From NCBI GenBank assembly GCA_009914755.4, contig CP068257.2, forward strand, positions 28,032,001 to 28,096,000: a stretch of 64,000 nucleotides of DNA. The letters are read 5' to 3'. Source of the DNA: the human T2T-CHM13v2.0 reference genome, Homo sapiens. This document shows, one piece after another, positions 1-16,469 of the stretch. Numbering within the stretch: position 1 is the stretch's first letter; every line of letters begins with the position of its first letter. Both the position numbers and the translations under genes were made by a program. Under the pieces are notes generated by a model. It had not been told where the DNA came from and did not search any database. It saw nothing but the letters and a program-made list of their open reading frames with translations.

Positions 1-262
<262 letters not shown>

Positions 263-734
263 GTTTATTAATTAAAAAAAGAAAGTAACTTGATGGTATT
301 AGGCCAATTTGCAAGCACTGGATAATTTTACACTTGTTACATTCATTTTCAAGGTCTCTTTTTGCCTTAATCGGGCAGAGATTTGGGTTTTTATTCTTGT
401 TGTTGCTTCCACTGTTGTATCTCCAACACCTTCAATCAGTGCTCAACAAATAAGTATTGAATAAAAAAATAAATTTCTCTATGATATCCCTACCACATTC
501 TCTACTGGGCCATTGGACATTTGATACAATTCACATTTCTTAAGGAATTGTGTAAAGCTAGACATGATTAGATGTTTGAGAATAAAATGAAACACCTTCG
601 TTCAAGAAGTGCAAGGCTTAACTAAAATACGTTTCAGGTTGCAATAAGACGAGAATCAGTTGACATCTTGTTGTACACAACAGTAGCAGAAGAGGTTACA
701 TTTTTTTTCCTTTCAAAGCCTCAGATAAGTTTTA

Positions 735-905
735 AATCCCAGACCTGCCACTTGCTAGCTTTGTGACCTTGGGCAAGTTACAAAATCTCTCTGGGCTCTG
801 TCAGTTTCTTCTATCCAGAATGTTCTCATAAAAATTAAATGACTGATGCATTTAAGCTGCTTAGCACAGTGCCAGCATACGGTACGTGTTCAGTATAAAA
901 TGGCC
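735..905 (+). mobile_element. MIR-type ancient SINE fragment
   Basis: ctttgtgaccttgggcaagttacaaaatctctctgggctctgtcagtttc...gctgcttagcacagtgccagcatac matches the MIR core (ctgtgtgaccttgggcaagtcacttaacctctctgagcctcagtttcc...agcgcttagcacagtgcctggcaca). Confidence 0.55.
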
Positions 906-1924
906 CCTGAGGTCTTCGGCCTTTTCTATGTATTTATGATGAAAAAAATGATTGACTTATAGATCTGACTTAGTGGGCACATGTTTACCATCCCTTAGCA
1001 TAGTGTGCCATGCTTGACTTGATGTTTTCTATAGTGAGAGATCACAGCTGATGGTTGCTTCTGTCTTATCTAAGCAAGGGATGAAACCAATTTAAGCATC
1101 TCTGTTTGCCATCATTACAGCCACTGAGCACAACATATATGAGGAGAGAATCAATGCACAAAATTATTTGATTAACTAGCATTGTCATTGCACTTTCTAG
1201 CAGAGGAAGACCAGGCATTAAACAAACAAACAAAAAGCCATTTTCTTCTTTGCCTTGTTTTTATGTTAATTGAAAGAGATTTAAAAAAAAGTGGGTTGGG
1301 GGTGGAGAAAAAAGCAAAAGCATGCAAATGTTGACAGGAGAAAATGCAATATAGCTGTACAAACTATTTTGGTGCTAAATGTTTTATGCAGACTAATGGC
1401 TCAATTATAGCTAAATATTCATTGCCACTAGTGTTGTGGGAGAAAAAATCTCCCTCAATTTGTTCATGTAAAGGAGAGGGCAGGTTTTCTGAGTGGGAAA
1501 CAGCATGTTCATGCTCACCTGCTGGCCATTCTCCAGCTCAGGAAATTGGCCCAGCCCCCAGGGAGCTTCCCATTGAATGGAGCAAGACAGTGCCATCTTG
1601 CTTTTCATCAGAGAACCATTAGGAATGGGTGCCTGAAATAGCGATTTGCTCACTCAATCCTACTATAGATTTAAAAGTGACTAGGCAGTTCTCCAAAGAG
1701 CCAAATTTATTTTCAGGAAGTGAAATCACAGGCTCAAATGCATTACGGTTTCTTAATAGTATAGGATTTCATAGTTGAACAAAGCCTTTCTTTCAGGTAA
1801 CAGGCACGGAGGAGCAACTCACCCAAATGTGCTTGGCAGAGATGAGAGTATAGCAGACTCAGTGGGGTAGAAGAAAATATGACTTTGGGGATGATTTACT
1901 GAAAGAATCTAGAACAGTTCTTGG

Positions 1925-2100
1925 CTCATTCATTCGTTTGGTTCATTTATTCATTCAACAGAGCTGTACTGAACACTCGTTGTGTGTCAAATGTAGTAGG
2001 TGCTAGGGATTTGGGGGAAAAGGACAAAGAAGGCTTCTGTCCTCTTGGAACTTACAGTGTAGTAAAGGATATGGACAACACATGAGTAAATGTCTTAATT
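1925..2100 (+). mobile_element. Ancient interspersed-repeat fragment of the 'ttcattcattcaacaaatatttattgagcacctactatgtgccaggcactg...gagcttacattctag' motif family; exact family not assigned
   Basis: ttcattcgtttggttcatttattcattcaacagagctgtactgaacactcgttgtgtgtcaaatgtagtaggtgctagggatttggggg...tggaacttacagtgtagtaaaggatatggacaacacatgagtaaatgtc. Similar copies occur at ~62520-62700 and ~63340-63480. Confidence 0.3.
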
Positions 2101-4775
2101 CACTATGATTTTTATTGTGGTGATAGAGCAAACTAAGTAGAGTGAAGGGATATAGAGAATGAGAAGGGAGCTTCCTCTCTTTTATCTCTTAAGAGATATT
2201 CATGAAGACTTAGGTGGGAATGACTGGGAATTTAGAATGTTCCAGGATTTGGCAACCGCAAGTGCAAAGGCTATGATGTGGGGAGAAAAGGCTGTGTCAC
2301 GTGGCCAGAAAGGATGCCTCTGAAATGGAGCATCGGATACTGGAGGCCAGCAAGAGGAGAAAGAGGCCAGGTCAGGTCATGCGGCCTTGGTGTTTTCTAT
2401 TTAAGTGTATGCTCAGTATATGGTAGATAAAATTGGCTTCAATTTTCAATTGCAAAAGAGGAATAATGCCAATCATATTAAAAGTTATTTGGTCACTTAA
2501 ATGAGATGGTTGCTTAGCACCCAGCATCCTGCTAGGTACAAGTTGAGAATTCCATAGGTAGAGCTTTCTTGCCCTTTGCTTCATTCTTTAAATTCACCTC
2601 CTTTCAGCCACTCCCTCAGTAAAATCACACTCAGTATGAATGAGGGTGTATATGAAGGATAAACAGCGAAGAGTCGGCGAAAGAGTAGTTGGACTTGGGG
2701 AAATGAGAGTGAGGAGGAGCAATGGTTTCCACATTGAAGGCAGGTTAAGGAGAGAGCAGCATCTTTTCAAAGCATCAGGACCCTGCTGCGAGGTGGTGGG
2801 TGGGTAAGTTGGGGAGAGGACACATGCGACCTTCTGGTTTATGGAAATTTTCCAACTGTAGAAATTCATGAAGAAAGTTCATATGAAAGCCCTATCTTCT
2901 GTAGCCTAATCAAGTCTTGACATTCAAATTTCAAATGAATTTTGGGGAAATAACTTCTCAGATTTTCATCATATAGTACTTGTTCAATATGAATAGAAAT
3001 AATTACTTTGCTGGAGTAATTAGCATGCCCAAGAATAACTATAGACTTTTCCCCAATTTTTGCTTTTAGATAAATGTTAAATATCTTTAAAGTGCCTTTG
3101 ATTTCTTCTTTTCTGAAGAATCATTAAAAGGTGGGAAAATATGATAAAGGTGCAGGGAAATGCAGGACAATGATGGAAAACGCACATAAAGAGGGTACCA
3201 CATTGACCTGGCAGAGAAATGTTCTTGGCAGTGATTTCAGCTACCAGAAAAGTAAAAGCTATTAATACTGATCTTATCTAAAGAAGACCAGCAGCATATG
3301 GCTGTGTTTTTTCCAGACATTTCTGAAAGCCTACTTCAGAATAGTCATCCATTCTGCTTGGGGGCCCTTCAGAGTAAAGTGAGCACACAGGCTCTGAGAT
3401 CAGGCAGTCTGGAGACCACATGGCAGCCTAGCCAGGCTCAGAGAATGACCTTATATGGGTCACTTATCCTGTCTGAGCGTCAGTTGCCTCACCTCGAAAG
3501 TGAGAATAAGAAACTCACCTCAGGGGGTTGTTTGAGATTGATGCTATGATCATGTAGGATGCCACACACCTTTGTTGGCACCTCTTAGGACCCTCAGTAA
3601 AAGAGGTAAGTCTCCTTCCTTTCCTTTCCTTGGGTAGAAGGATTAGTGGAATGGCAGCCAGAATCAGGACCCAGAACTCCTGAGTCCTCAGCCTCCCTAG
3701 GGAATCTCTTAGCAGACAAGTCTCTTTCTACAGTTTTTTCTCCAGGGCAAATGGAGCAAGTTAAGCTGGATCACATAGAGTGCTTGGGCCTTACTTTGAC
3801 CAGAACAGAAAAGTTCTGATGTCTCCAATATCCCGTTTCAAGCACAGCAGCCTCTGGAGGTTCCAATGAAGCCCCATTAAGCTGACCTGAGTCCTCTGTA
3901 GTTATTCCAAAAAGCGCAATTGCCCTTTTACATGCAATACGGTAGGAATTTCATGATAGGACCTTTAAAAAAGGGTTCTTATCTGCAAAATATTTGCAGA
4001 TTATTAGTCTAGAACGAAAACTGGATAAGCCATCTCTTTAGTGTCTTCCTCCAAGCCTCACAGCCACTCTTAACACTAAAATGATTAGGAAAAGCAAACA
4101 TAGGCCAAAACATGATAAGAGAGAGGATAGAGAGAAAAATGTCTGTGTCAGTGGTTGGTACAAAGCTGAACTAATCCTACTCCCCGCTGTACCAGCTAGA
4201 CATTTCTTGAGAGTGCCATTCTTGGATATTTTGCTTTTGTTTTTGTTTTAATTGTCCTTTGAATGATGTAATCCCCAGGCTACTAGGAAAGAGCTACTTC
4301 TATCAAAGGAACTTCAAGTCCAAATTTAGTGAAATAGAAGAGAAAATCTAGCAGCCCTTCCCTGCCGCCACCATACACTGTTCTTGCCTATTCCAGACCT
4401 GCCTTTGGGAGAGATGTGGCCAGTTATGTGAGACAAATGAGTATCTAGCAAAGAGAAGTCTCATCAGCAAATCATTCTCTTAAATGTAACAGAAGTCCTC
4501 AGCCTCTGTTACAACAGGCCCCTGGGAAGGGATTCTTCTTTGCCTTTTGAGGGCTACACATAAATCTGGGTGTTTTTCTCAGTTCTGACCCACACACTTC
4601 ATTACACCCTTTAATGAACTGTATTAACATTCTTAAATGAAGCCTTATGATAAAGGATTACTGATTGCATTTACTTACCTTTAAAGTTCTTCAGTTGTTG
4701 ACACTACTGCCACATGCTTACTTGCTTTATTGAGAGGAAATTTTAATATCTAAAGATTTGTTAATGTAACTATAA

Positions 4776-5222
<447 letters not shown>

Positions 5223-5891
5223 TCCAACTTTAAATAGAATTTTTTTTTTTTTTTTTACTCTAATCATCCAGCACATAATAGAAACATTTGGTCAACTTTT
5301 TTGACTGCTGATGTTCAGTGCAAGTAAAAACTCAATTCTGAACTCAACGGCTGCATGGAGGTGCTCTGCAAGTGTGAGATGGAGCACCAGAGAGTCAGGC
5401 CAGATGATTATTTGAAGAGAGCTCTTCCTAGTGATTCAAAATTCCACAGTTCTGCATTCCTGCGAAGGGGTTTATCTACTTATGAAATTACTGGCCCTTA
5501 CCAATCAACAACATAGCAACCCCAGACCTTTAAACAAAGGAGTGCAATACAGCTTGTGTTATTTTAGATAAAAACTTTGCCTATGCCACAATAATGACTT
5601 AAATATAAAGAGATGGCCGGCAGACCACATAAATATAACCTGGATATTTTTTCTTTCTCCCAAATTCAATCATCTGATCTTTTATTAATGCTTCTATTTT
5701 AAACGTCTCACTAGCCTTTCCAGATGTGTATTACAAGATGTTTAGCAGTACCCACTAGTTGCCAGTAGAGTGCCCTGTTCCAAATATGACCCCCCAAAAT
5801 GTCTTCAGACATTGCTCTAAGTTTCCAGAGGGCAAAATCACTCTGGGGTGAGAAGCACCAGTCTGCGCTTTGTTTCTAATTCTGAATTTAC

Positions 5892-6168
<277 letters not shown>

Positions 6169-6497
6169 TAAACTTAAGACCAAGTGCTCAGAAATTATTA
6201 TTCTGTTGTTATTATTCTTTTTTTTTGAACATTACTCATGTCTTCATTTATATAGGATTTCACAATTTACCAAATATTTCTATCCACATTATCTGTGGAG
6301 ACTAACACATAGCAGTTTATTGTCTAGAACAAATTAGAAGAAAGAGGCATCTTTTCTGTAACTGTCCCTGTATACCTTTTTTATTGTGTTTGCAATCCTG
6401 CATGTTTGACAAAAAGGTCTTGCCATGAGGAAGATGTATTTAGGACAAGTCAGGCATTGTGGAAATGAAATCTGGCACAGTCTTTTCAAGAGACATA

Positions 6498-6516
6498 AGA
6501 GAGAGAGAGAGAGAGA
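6498..6516. repeat. (GA)n microsatellite
   Basis: agagagagagagagagaga. Confidence 0.8.
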
Positions 6517-6817
6517 TGTTTAATCACCTCAAAATGATGTCCTTCTCTCATCTTCAGCTGGTAGGAGTCACATACCACTCGGTCCACCCATAGAAACACA
6601 CATTTACAACTAAACACTCACATTATGGCTTCAATGAAGCCCCATGAACTCTCTGAGCCCCTTGCCTGTTTAAAAGGGCTCTGAAAATTATAATCTTTAG
6701 CATAAACGGGACTGCTGCAGTTTTATTATGCTGCATTAAGTGAAAACTAGATGGCATTTTTGAAAAATAGAAAATAACATTTATCCCACACCTCCACCTC
6801 CTCCCTAGCCCTCTTAC

Positions 6818-6999
6818 CTGCTTAAGGATTTCAGCGGCTGTTTCATGTGAACAATCAAATATCACATAGAACTCCTTGCCTTTCTTCATCTCCTTGAGTA
6901 AAGGCTTGGCATCTTTATTCCCAGAGGGCAGCTGGCGGATTTTGATTTTAATATTATATCTGGAGGGAGCTTTGATGAGCTCTTGTAGACGAATTAGAC
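6818..6999 (-). CDS. GRIK1: GRIK1 coding exon (182 nt), encodes (G)[60 protein letters not shown]; probable exon 4
   Basis: Minus-strand ORF 6623-7021 contains this exon. The acceptor is ttttctAG|GTCTAATTCG with the AG at 7001-7000. The donor is CTTAAGCAG|GTaagagg with the GT at 6817-6816. The leading GT completes GGT (Gly) with the last G of the previous exon, followed by 60 full codons. The GluK2 paralogue reads [61 protein letters not shown]. The [21 protein letters not shown] version seen here is the GluK1 form. Confidence 0.9.
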
Positions 7000-8122
7000 C
7001 TAGAAAATGACATGCAATCATGCAACGGAGACTGTTCTGTCGACAGAGTATTGTTTATTGCCATTTAGTTAAACTCGTTTCAACTCCAAAACATACCCAG
7101 TGGCCACCTTCCTAAAGGTTACACTCCTGACTTCCCATTTGTCACTCATCTTCCTGTGGTGGATTATACCATTTTCCCTTTGTGGGTGTGTGTGGCTTGG
7201 AAGCATAATTTTCCCAGGAGCATTTTAAATTTATTTAGAATGCAATTGTCCTTTCCAGCTTTCAGCAAACACCTCCCATCTTTAACAAATCAAGCCTGCA
7301 ACTGTAAAACTTGGTAAACAAAAAGTTGGTTGAAGTTTCCAAAAGTGTTCGATGAAATAGATCACACCTGCTCACTTACAAAGCCGATAGAATATGGAGA
7401 TTTGTCTAGGCTATAAACTTCTGTAAGCCTTTTATTAAGTATTTATATATAACATACCCTTAACCAGCTAATTAATTGGGTTGCTTTATATAATCTTTCA
7501 GTTCATGCCATATAAACTATTTGTAAATGGCTCATGCTCATTACATTTTCTTGCTAATATATTTGAATGTTAACTTGGAAAATCCTACTTGATTTTTTAA
7601 AAAGACCATAGAATTTTTAGAAATTAAGATCATAAAAGCAGAAACAGAATTTAAAAAAAAATTCCCTATTGGTTATTGCAACAAAACATATACGTCCAAC
7701 TAACTTGATGGAGAATGTTTGATTTACCACAGGTGTGGATGTACTGATCTGCACTGTTTCCTAATAGACATGCTTTACTAGGACAAGGAAAGCCGCTGTG
7801 TAAAAGGCTCCCTCTTATGTTCCCTAATGTTAGCAGGTGCTCACTACGCTGCACCTTGGCTCTCACTCAAGAACTTCCATCATACGGAAAAATTGAGTTT
7901 TTTTTTTTGTTGTTTTTTTTTTTTAGTATGCAGTTCTGTACCTTCAGGATTTGTCAGCTTTAGGTAATCAGTAGGGAATATTAAGTTTCATGAGTATTCA
8001 GATGAAAATTGTGATAAGCTCTGTGCAAGATTCAGCATGTATTCCAGCTACTGTCAAAGTCACATTTTTCTTTTTCTTGTTTTATTTATGTAGCTATTTT
8101 TTTTTTTACCAGAAGTTACATT

Positions 8123-8148
8123 TGTGTGTGTGTGTGTGTGTGTGTGTG
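8123..8148. repeat. (TG)13 microsatellite
   Basis: tgtgtgtgtgtgtgtgtgtgtgtgtg. Confidence 0.9.
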
Positions 8149-8306
8149 GCTCAGATGAGGAAAGGTTTCTCTACCACCATAGTTAGGTTTGATTCTGATG
8201 TACAATAAATTTATAATGATATTGAACTTCAGAGTTAAATGTGTAGGAGTAGTAGAATGGGAGGGTGGTTGCTGTAGAACCTTATCAAGATTTAGTGCTC
8301 ATTATC

Positions 8307-8676
8307 TGATATGGCTTGGCTCTGTGTCCCCACTCAAATCTTATCCCGAATTGTAATCCCCATGTGTCGGGGGGGAACTTGGTGGGAGGTGATTGGATCA
8401 TGAGGGCGGATATCCCCCAGGCTGTTCTTGTGGTAGTGAGTGAATTCTCATGAGATCTGATGGTTTAAAAAAGTGTGGCACTTCCCCCCTTGCTCTCTCT
8501 CTCTCTTCTGCCAACATGTATGACATTTCTTCCTTCCTGTTTACCTTCTGCCATGATTGTAAATTTCCTGAGGCCTCCCCAGCCATGTGGAAATATGAGT
8601 CAATTAAACCTCTTTTCGTTATAAATTACTCAGTCTCAGGTAGTTCCTTATAGCTGTGTGAAAATGGACTAACACA
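8307..8676 (+). mobile_element. Solo LTR of the THE1/MST class (ERVL-MaLR), ~370 bp
   Basis: Begins tgatatggcttggctctgtgtccccactcaaatcttatcccgaattgtaatccccatgtgtcggggg...atcatgagggcggatatcccccaggctgttcttgtggtagtgagtgaattctcatgagatctgatggttt and ends ...gcctccccagccatgtggaaatatgagtcaattaaacctcttttcgttataaattactcagtctcaggtagttccttatagctgtgtgaaaatggactaacaca. It has the TG...CA termini and the canonical THE1 consensus blocks. Confidence 0.8.
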
Positions 8677-11600
8677 TGAATCTTTTCTCTTTTTACACAA
8701 AGATTGAATTGCTAGAATAGTACGCTTCCTGGATTCTTGCTCCTTTTCAAATCAGTCAACTGAAGTCCCTCAGGTACTTATAATCACCTGCTTGTCTTCT
8801 CACTTCCACAGCCACGTCATGAACTACTGAGGAGCATTAAAAATGAAACAAAATATAGAACGTGGGTTCGTATATTTGTTATTTGTAATATGTGTTAATC
8901 TTTGAAATAATCCTATGATGTAACCATTATTACTATTATTATTTAAATGAGGAATTCAGGGCCCAGAGTAGTTAAGTAACTTACAAAGATAGTTAAGAAG
9001 AATCCTGGATTAAAATTGCTGTTTGTGAATCCAACACTTAATCTTTTGACGTCACCATCCTGCCTTATAAATACAAATTGTTGGTGCTGAGGGAACAGAT
9101 ATGGCTTAGGACTTGTTGATGAGATGGGGAAAAAATAGAGACTCCAGGCTGCCTGAGTTTCTCTCCTGTTTTCTGTTACCACCCACCTGCTTTGCAATCA
9201 CATAGATTTTTTTTTTTCATGACCATGACCACAAGGGACAGTTTAATGTGGTCTCTAAATAACATTGGGAAAACATTTAAAAAGTGCATTTTGTGTGCTT
9301 CAATGAACTGCTCTCTTTTTCTGTGTTGAATAGAATGTCACATCTTTCTATCATGATGACTTACATATTTATAGGATTTAAAGTTGACATATATTTTCTC
9401 ACTTCTTTCATTTATTTTTATGGGAAAACATTTGCTGGATGCTCATTAGATGCCAAGCTTCATGCTAAGCCCTGGGGATGCAAGACAACACAACCTGCTT
9501 CAAAGTCCTCACAGCCTGTAGGATAATTTTGTCCTGTCAACTCTCTTGAGGTAGATGAGGCATCAATTACCACTTAATTTTACAGATTATGAGCTAAGAC
9601 TGCTGGAGGCTGGAGTAACTTGCTCAAGGTTATATAGCTAATAAGTGGCAGAACCCGGGATTAAGGCCAAATCCACCTTCTGATACCAAATTTAGGGCTC
9701 TTTCCTCCAAATCAGTGGCCCCTCCCAACTTTAGGATTTCTTGTCAACTGGCTGAATGAAAAACTAATTAACTGACTAATTAACTATATTAATACATAGC
9801 TATATAAGTAACAGAGAAAGAACATTTCTAGACCAGCACACAATATTAAATCCTTATTTGGCACACTAGGCCGTTAATAAACACACACCCCCAAATATGA
9901 CCATCAACTTTTACAGTTGTTTCATAAAAGAAGGTATATTTTAATACCAATAGAGGAAATAGGAGAACAATTCAGTCCAAAAGACTAGTTTCTAATTGGA
10001 ATAAATTTATCTTTTACAAAAAGCTTACTGTTAAACTCCTATTTTTCTCCTTTTGCCAGTATATAGGTAAACTGGCTTCAGAAAGGGGGAGGATCAGCAG
10101 ATTTAAAGATTAGGGATGGAAACTGGGGGAAGAACAAAGAACAGGGAGGGAGTGAGTTTTTTATTTCTCTTCCTGAAGCAATTGTTTGCTTAAGAAAAGC
10201 CTTTCTGCCTTCATTAGCAAATGATGGAGAATTTACAATTCAAAAAGCACAGTAGACAAAATTTAGAGGAAGCTTTCCCTTATATTTGCATTTTGCAGCA
10301 ATCCATCAGTCATTTCTTTGTAATGAGTAGTTAAAAGTCGTTTGCTAAACATATAATTGCTTCAGAAAAAGGACATTGATTTAGGCACAACACCTAGCTT
10401 TGCTAATCCTCTCTCGTGTGGATGCCAGCCCTGATGGAGTGACCCAACCCTGCCAGAACCCCAGTTGCAGTGAATGGTGAAGGTGCATGTAATGCTGATA
10501 ACGTGAATTTTTTTCTAGCCCACTGAGATGGAGAGAATTTAAAAATAAAACGTAGGCAAGAGAGAACCAGACAAACCCAATAGAGGGACATTCAACAATA
10601 AAACTGACCTGGACTCTTTAAAAATGTCAATGTCATATATGGCAAAAGAAGGCTGAATTGTCTGAATCAAAGGAGATGAAAGGGATTTGACAACTGAATG
10701 CCATGAGTGATCCTGGGACAACTAGCAAACATATATTATTATTTTGCCAATAATAATATTAGCAAATATATATTTCTATATGTTTAGATAACATTATTAC
10801 GTTATTGCTAAGTTTCCTGTACTTGATAATCTTAGTGTGGTTATAACGAGAAAGGTCCTTCCTAGGAAATTCATGCTAATGTACTTATGGGGAAAAAGGT
10901 CAAGATATCTGCAGCTTACTTTCAAATGGTTCAACAGTGCTACTACTTAGTATAATTTTTATTGTTGTAGGTGTTTCTGTATTAAGAGAATGATAGAGCA
11001 TTACAGCAAATGAGGCCAAATGATAATAAATGATGAATCTAGGTGAAGGGTGTACAGGAGTTTATTGTACATGTCCTGCAACTTTTCTCTAAGTTCAAAT
11101 CTTTCTAAATAAAAAGACAAAACATACAGATATAAAATCATATCATAAAAGCTTCTTCCACTTCTATCCCCAAGAATGAAATTGGAAATGCAACTTTGGT
11201 TGAATAAACGCTTTACAGAAAGAAGGCTGTTTTTTTTCACATGAATTTGAGCTAAGCTCTGCATATAGATACAACTTTCAAAAATATCCAAATGGCCAAT
11301 TCTAAACACTTGCTTTGGCCGCCTGTCTACTCGGTGCACTCAGATGTGACACAGAAAAAAATGCTGATTTGCATGCACATTGGGTAACTCAGGCAACAGG
11401 TGGAGCATATGGAGGAGGAAAAAAAAAAAACCTCTGCTATTTCCAGTGAGCATTGAAGATTTCCTATGCCTTCCTTTTAAGTAATAACAAACTTTGCTAT
11501 TTAGATTGCCCCTTTTTATGAAGTCTGCTCCATGCCTTATAAATAGCGAAATAAACCTTAGAATATACCTCTGAGGTGAATAGGTGTCAGTGCTATTTTA

Positions 11601-14591
11601 CAGTGAGGAAAGGGAGGCATGGTGAGGTTAATTGTTTGGATCGGCCCTGAAAATGGGTCACAAATAGCAGGAATTGGAAGAGACCTTCAGGTCAAACTCC
11701 TTTTGATGCATGAGTCCCCTCTACACAGCCACTGCTGAACACCTCTCAGTGTGAGAAATTCTCTACCTTACACCGCAGTCCAATCCATTGCCGGATAGCT
11801 TTAGCTATCTTTAATGAGTCTCGGTTCAAAAGAAAAGTACCTAGGTTTTCTTGAGTCTTAATCCAATTTCCTGTTTGTTAAACCATCAGTGAGTTTGATG
11901 CCATAAGCATGAATGTTATAAACCACTGGGACCCAAAGATCAGGTTGCAAATTTTAAATGTTAATTTCTTCTCTATTTGAACTTGGAAATATGCAAAATG
12001 GCATTTCATAAACTTGTGGGTATATTAATGTACCCAAATCTAATACGATTCTTAAGGGGATCTGTGCATCCTCCAGAGCGGAGGAAAAATCAAAACTAAA
12101 AAATGAAAACGGGTATGTGAGCGAATTACCTGGGGAAACACAATGCTTTTAAAGTGCAGATCTTCATACATAGCGTTTTTCAGAAGTGCAACAGAGAAGG
12201 CAAGTGGGAGTCTTCCCAAAAGAAAAATTGTGTACCTTGGTTACAAAGGAGCTTATAGAAGAATCTAGTCTAAGTATTCAAGAAAGTGTATTGCACTCAG
12301 CTCCACCAGTATATGTTGGTGCTGAATTCTCGTTAAGTTTCAACAGTAGCTAAAAAGAATATGCCTGGCCTGGAATATCTAAATATTGGTTTCCTGGGCA
12401 TAGTTCTGAATATTTAAGTAAGGTTCTGGTCAAAGAACCGAGGTGGGAGATATGAAGGGTAGAAAAAAGTGAGTACAGAGAAAAAAAGAAACTGTAATTT
12501 ATCATTTTTTTTGATATTGAGTGTAAAGAATGTTCCATCGTTGGGTTATTTCAGTGGAATGGTGGGAGAGCACATAGCAGAAGAGTTTTAGCTATCACAA
12601 GTGGTCATAATGACACAGTGGGGTGAGTGGTGATGACAGAAGGTGAAAAGAGTCACTTATTTGGCACTGACTGTGTATAGCACATCTTGCATTTTAGCTT
12701 GACTACTCATGCCAAAGTGTTGATTTTCTTTGAGTCCAAACTTCAGGCTTCTGTCAAGATTCTTAGTTCTAGAAGAGTATATTATTTCTGTTTTCTATGG
12801 GAAAATGAAAGGAACTATGACAGATAGAGTTTTTAAAAACTAAGTCATTACTTAAATACAGCTATAAGAGCAGATATTTCACTTACTCACAGGCTGGTTG
12901 AGCACATTAAATGAGTTAATCATCTATTTAGGACAGTGCACATAGTCAGCACTCAAGAATTTAGTTATTGTTATTATTGCGATTTTCATTTCATGTATGT
13001 TTTCTCCCAGGGTTGATTGTTTTTTTCAATCACTGCCACTGTTAGGGATGCTATTCTCATTTCAAATTAATCCTTACAGTAAAGCTCGGAGACTATATTT
13101 GATGTGATGACTAACAACTAACTCTTCACTGCAGGCTGCATTTTAGAAATCTCATGGCTGTGATGTGTTGAGAAAAATGACTTAAGGTAAACAAAGATAA
13201 ACTTCTCAAGGTTGATGTGTTATAAATTCAGGGCTAGAGGCATCTGTCTGGTGCTCATTTCCTTGATGTACTCATCCCGTCCTATCTATAGGCTGAGGCC
13301 ACTCAAATTTGTGTCTCCAGCCCAGATCCATTTTCTAGACTCTAGACTCAGGTATTAACTGCCTGTTCTTACCCTTATTCAGATGTCTAATAGATATCTG
13401 AAACTCAAACTTAACATATTAATGACTCAATTTCTGATATCATTCTTATTTCCTCAAACTAGTTCCACCTATAACCTGTTTCAGGTAATGACAACTCCAT
13501 CCTTTGGCTCAGGACAAAAAGATCAATCTTTTATTTCTCTCTTCTTTCTTTCCTAACCTCTACTCCCTCAGGATATTATTAGCATTTTGAGTTAATTTTT
13601 GATTCTTTGATCTACAGGTATGAATTAAACCGTAACCTGCCTCACCAACACCATGGCATCAATATTTTCTCAGACTGGAACACGGTCTTCCTGTTTTTAT
13701 CCTCCATTTAAAAATAAACTTAACATATGGCATTTGTCTTGTGTCTAAGGAATACAAAGTGTTTTTCTTGACATTTGATTTAATTGAAACCCTGAGCCAA
13801 ACTTTGATATTTCAGAGGAGTTTGCCATAGGAGGGAATATGCTCGCTATCTTCCAAACAGGTTAATATCTTGAGGCAACCTGAGGTGTCCCAAGTTTCTT
13901 AGGTCATTGAGTTCCTTAAATCAAAATAAGTGTCATACAGACCCAAAGGTTGTGCTGGATACTCAAAAAGACATCTTAAAGTAGTAGTGAAACTAATAGA
14001 TAAAATGCATGCAGTTGAGAATATCCATGATGATTTTTGTACAGTTCCCTCAAAGACCCTACAATGTTTGAGCAATCATTCAAACATAGCCCAATGTCAC
14101 CACACAAATGGAGATAAAGGAAAGAGGACATGATCATATATAATAAAAACTTTCAAATGGGGAACACATTCAAATATCCTCTCAGATATTATGCCAGCTC
14201 TACATTAAAAATGTTTCCAGAACCTGAGCGTATCTTACTCTTCTACTGTATTGCCTCCATCTCTTCCCTGGGTTTCTATAGGAGCCATCTGGCAGGTTGC
14301 CATATTTCTACCTTTGCCTCTGTAGAGTGTACAGTGATTCTTTTACTCCTACTATTCTTCAAGAGTAGGCCCTCCTTATCTGAGGTTTTGCTTTCCATGG
14401 TTTTAGTGAACCACGGTCAGTCGTGGTGTAAAAGTATTACATGGAAAATTCCAGAAATAAACAATTCATAAGTTTTCAATTGCATGCCCTTCTGAATAGC
14501 ATGATGAAGTCTTGTACCATCCTGCTCTGTCCACATGGGACGTGAATCATTTCATCATTGTTGTTGTTAGTCTCTTACTGTGCCTAACTTA

Positions 14592-15093
<502 letters not shown>

Positions 15094-16469
15094 TTACTCT
15101 GATCTTATCCACCCTCTGCTCAAAACTCTTCCACGGCTTCCCATTCCAGGCAGAGCACAAGCTCTTCCAATGGTTTACAAAGTCTTGCATGACCTACAAG
15201 GCCCTCCTCTCTGACCGTCTCTTCTATCTCCCCTCCCCTCTTACTCTGATCCATCCACCCTGGCCTCCTTGCTGTTGCTCTGAGGTACCAGGCACACTCT
15301 CACCTGAGACATTAGCTGTTCTGTCTGACTAGAACCGCCTTCTCTCTCACAGAACGTGGTTCACTTCCTCAGCTCCTTGCAGCCTTTGCTCAAGCCTCAT
15401 CTGTGCAATGTGACATGACCTTTAATTCTGCAAACCACATTTCTGGCTTCCAGATTCCCTTCAATCTGCTCTACTTTTTCTTTCTTCCACAGACTCACCA
15501 CCGTTCAACAATTATAATCATTTTATATTGAATGAAAAAATGGTTTATTATTCCCATAGAACCTAAGCTCCTTGAAGTCAGTGGGTTCTATCTGTTTTAT
15601 TCACTAATGTATTCCATATGCTTAGAACAATGCCTGGTACCAATATTTATTGGCATATCCAATAAATATTTGTGGAATGACAGACTCTGACAGCATTAGT
15701 GAAGATGAAGAAACAGATGATCTACCAGGGTGGCATCACGATGGGACAGTGCAGTGGCAATTTGTGTTTTAGAAAAGCAATTTATCCAAAGTTGGGAGCA
15801 ACTTTAGGTGCCAGGGTAACCTCTTGGGTACTACAGGAATCCTTATATCAGGACCTGCCTATGACAGGGTTTTCCAAGCCTGGGCTTGAACTCTTCTGGG
15901 TCAGGGTGTTAAATATTTTGGAGAGAAATGCAATTCATCTCTTGAGAGATCTGGTGATTAAAAGTTCATTCTTTCAGTGATGCTAAAGTTGCTTCCCTCA
16001 ATCCTTCACCCACTTTGTCCATGAAAGCCCAGAGGACTAGCTAAAGCTTCTTCTATTCCATCACCCTTTAGACTCAGTGTTCAGTAGCCATTAACTTCTA
16101 TGTCCTTATGTTTTTCTTTTGCAGCCTAAACATTTTAGTTCTTTTAGACTTACTCATGTATTCTGTACATGAATGTTCTCAATATCCACATATTTATAAT
16201 GAAGTAAGGGCTGGCGTCGTTGTGAATTTTGGGAGGCGGGCCTATCCATAGGTAAATTTTAGAACAGGAAAGTTCCTATTTGAAGCACCCTGTTTTCTTT
16301 TGCTTACATTTTTTTTGGTCTAAATATTTAGCTTAATGGTGTCTATAATAAGAATTCAAGGTATTATCCTTCTCCCTACTCAATAAATAATGCTGAGATA
16401 ACTTGCTAGCCATATGTAGAAGAATAAAACAGGACCCCTGTCTTTCACTATATACAAACATTAACTCAA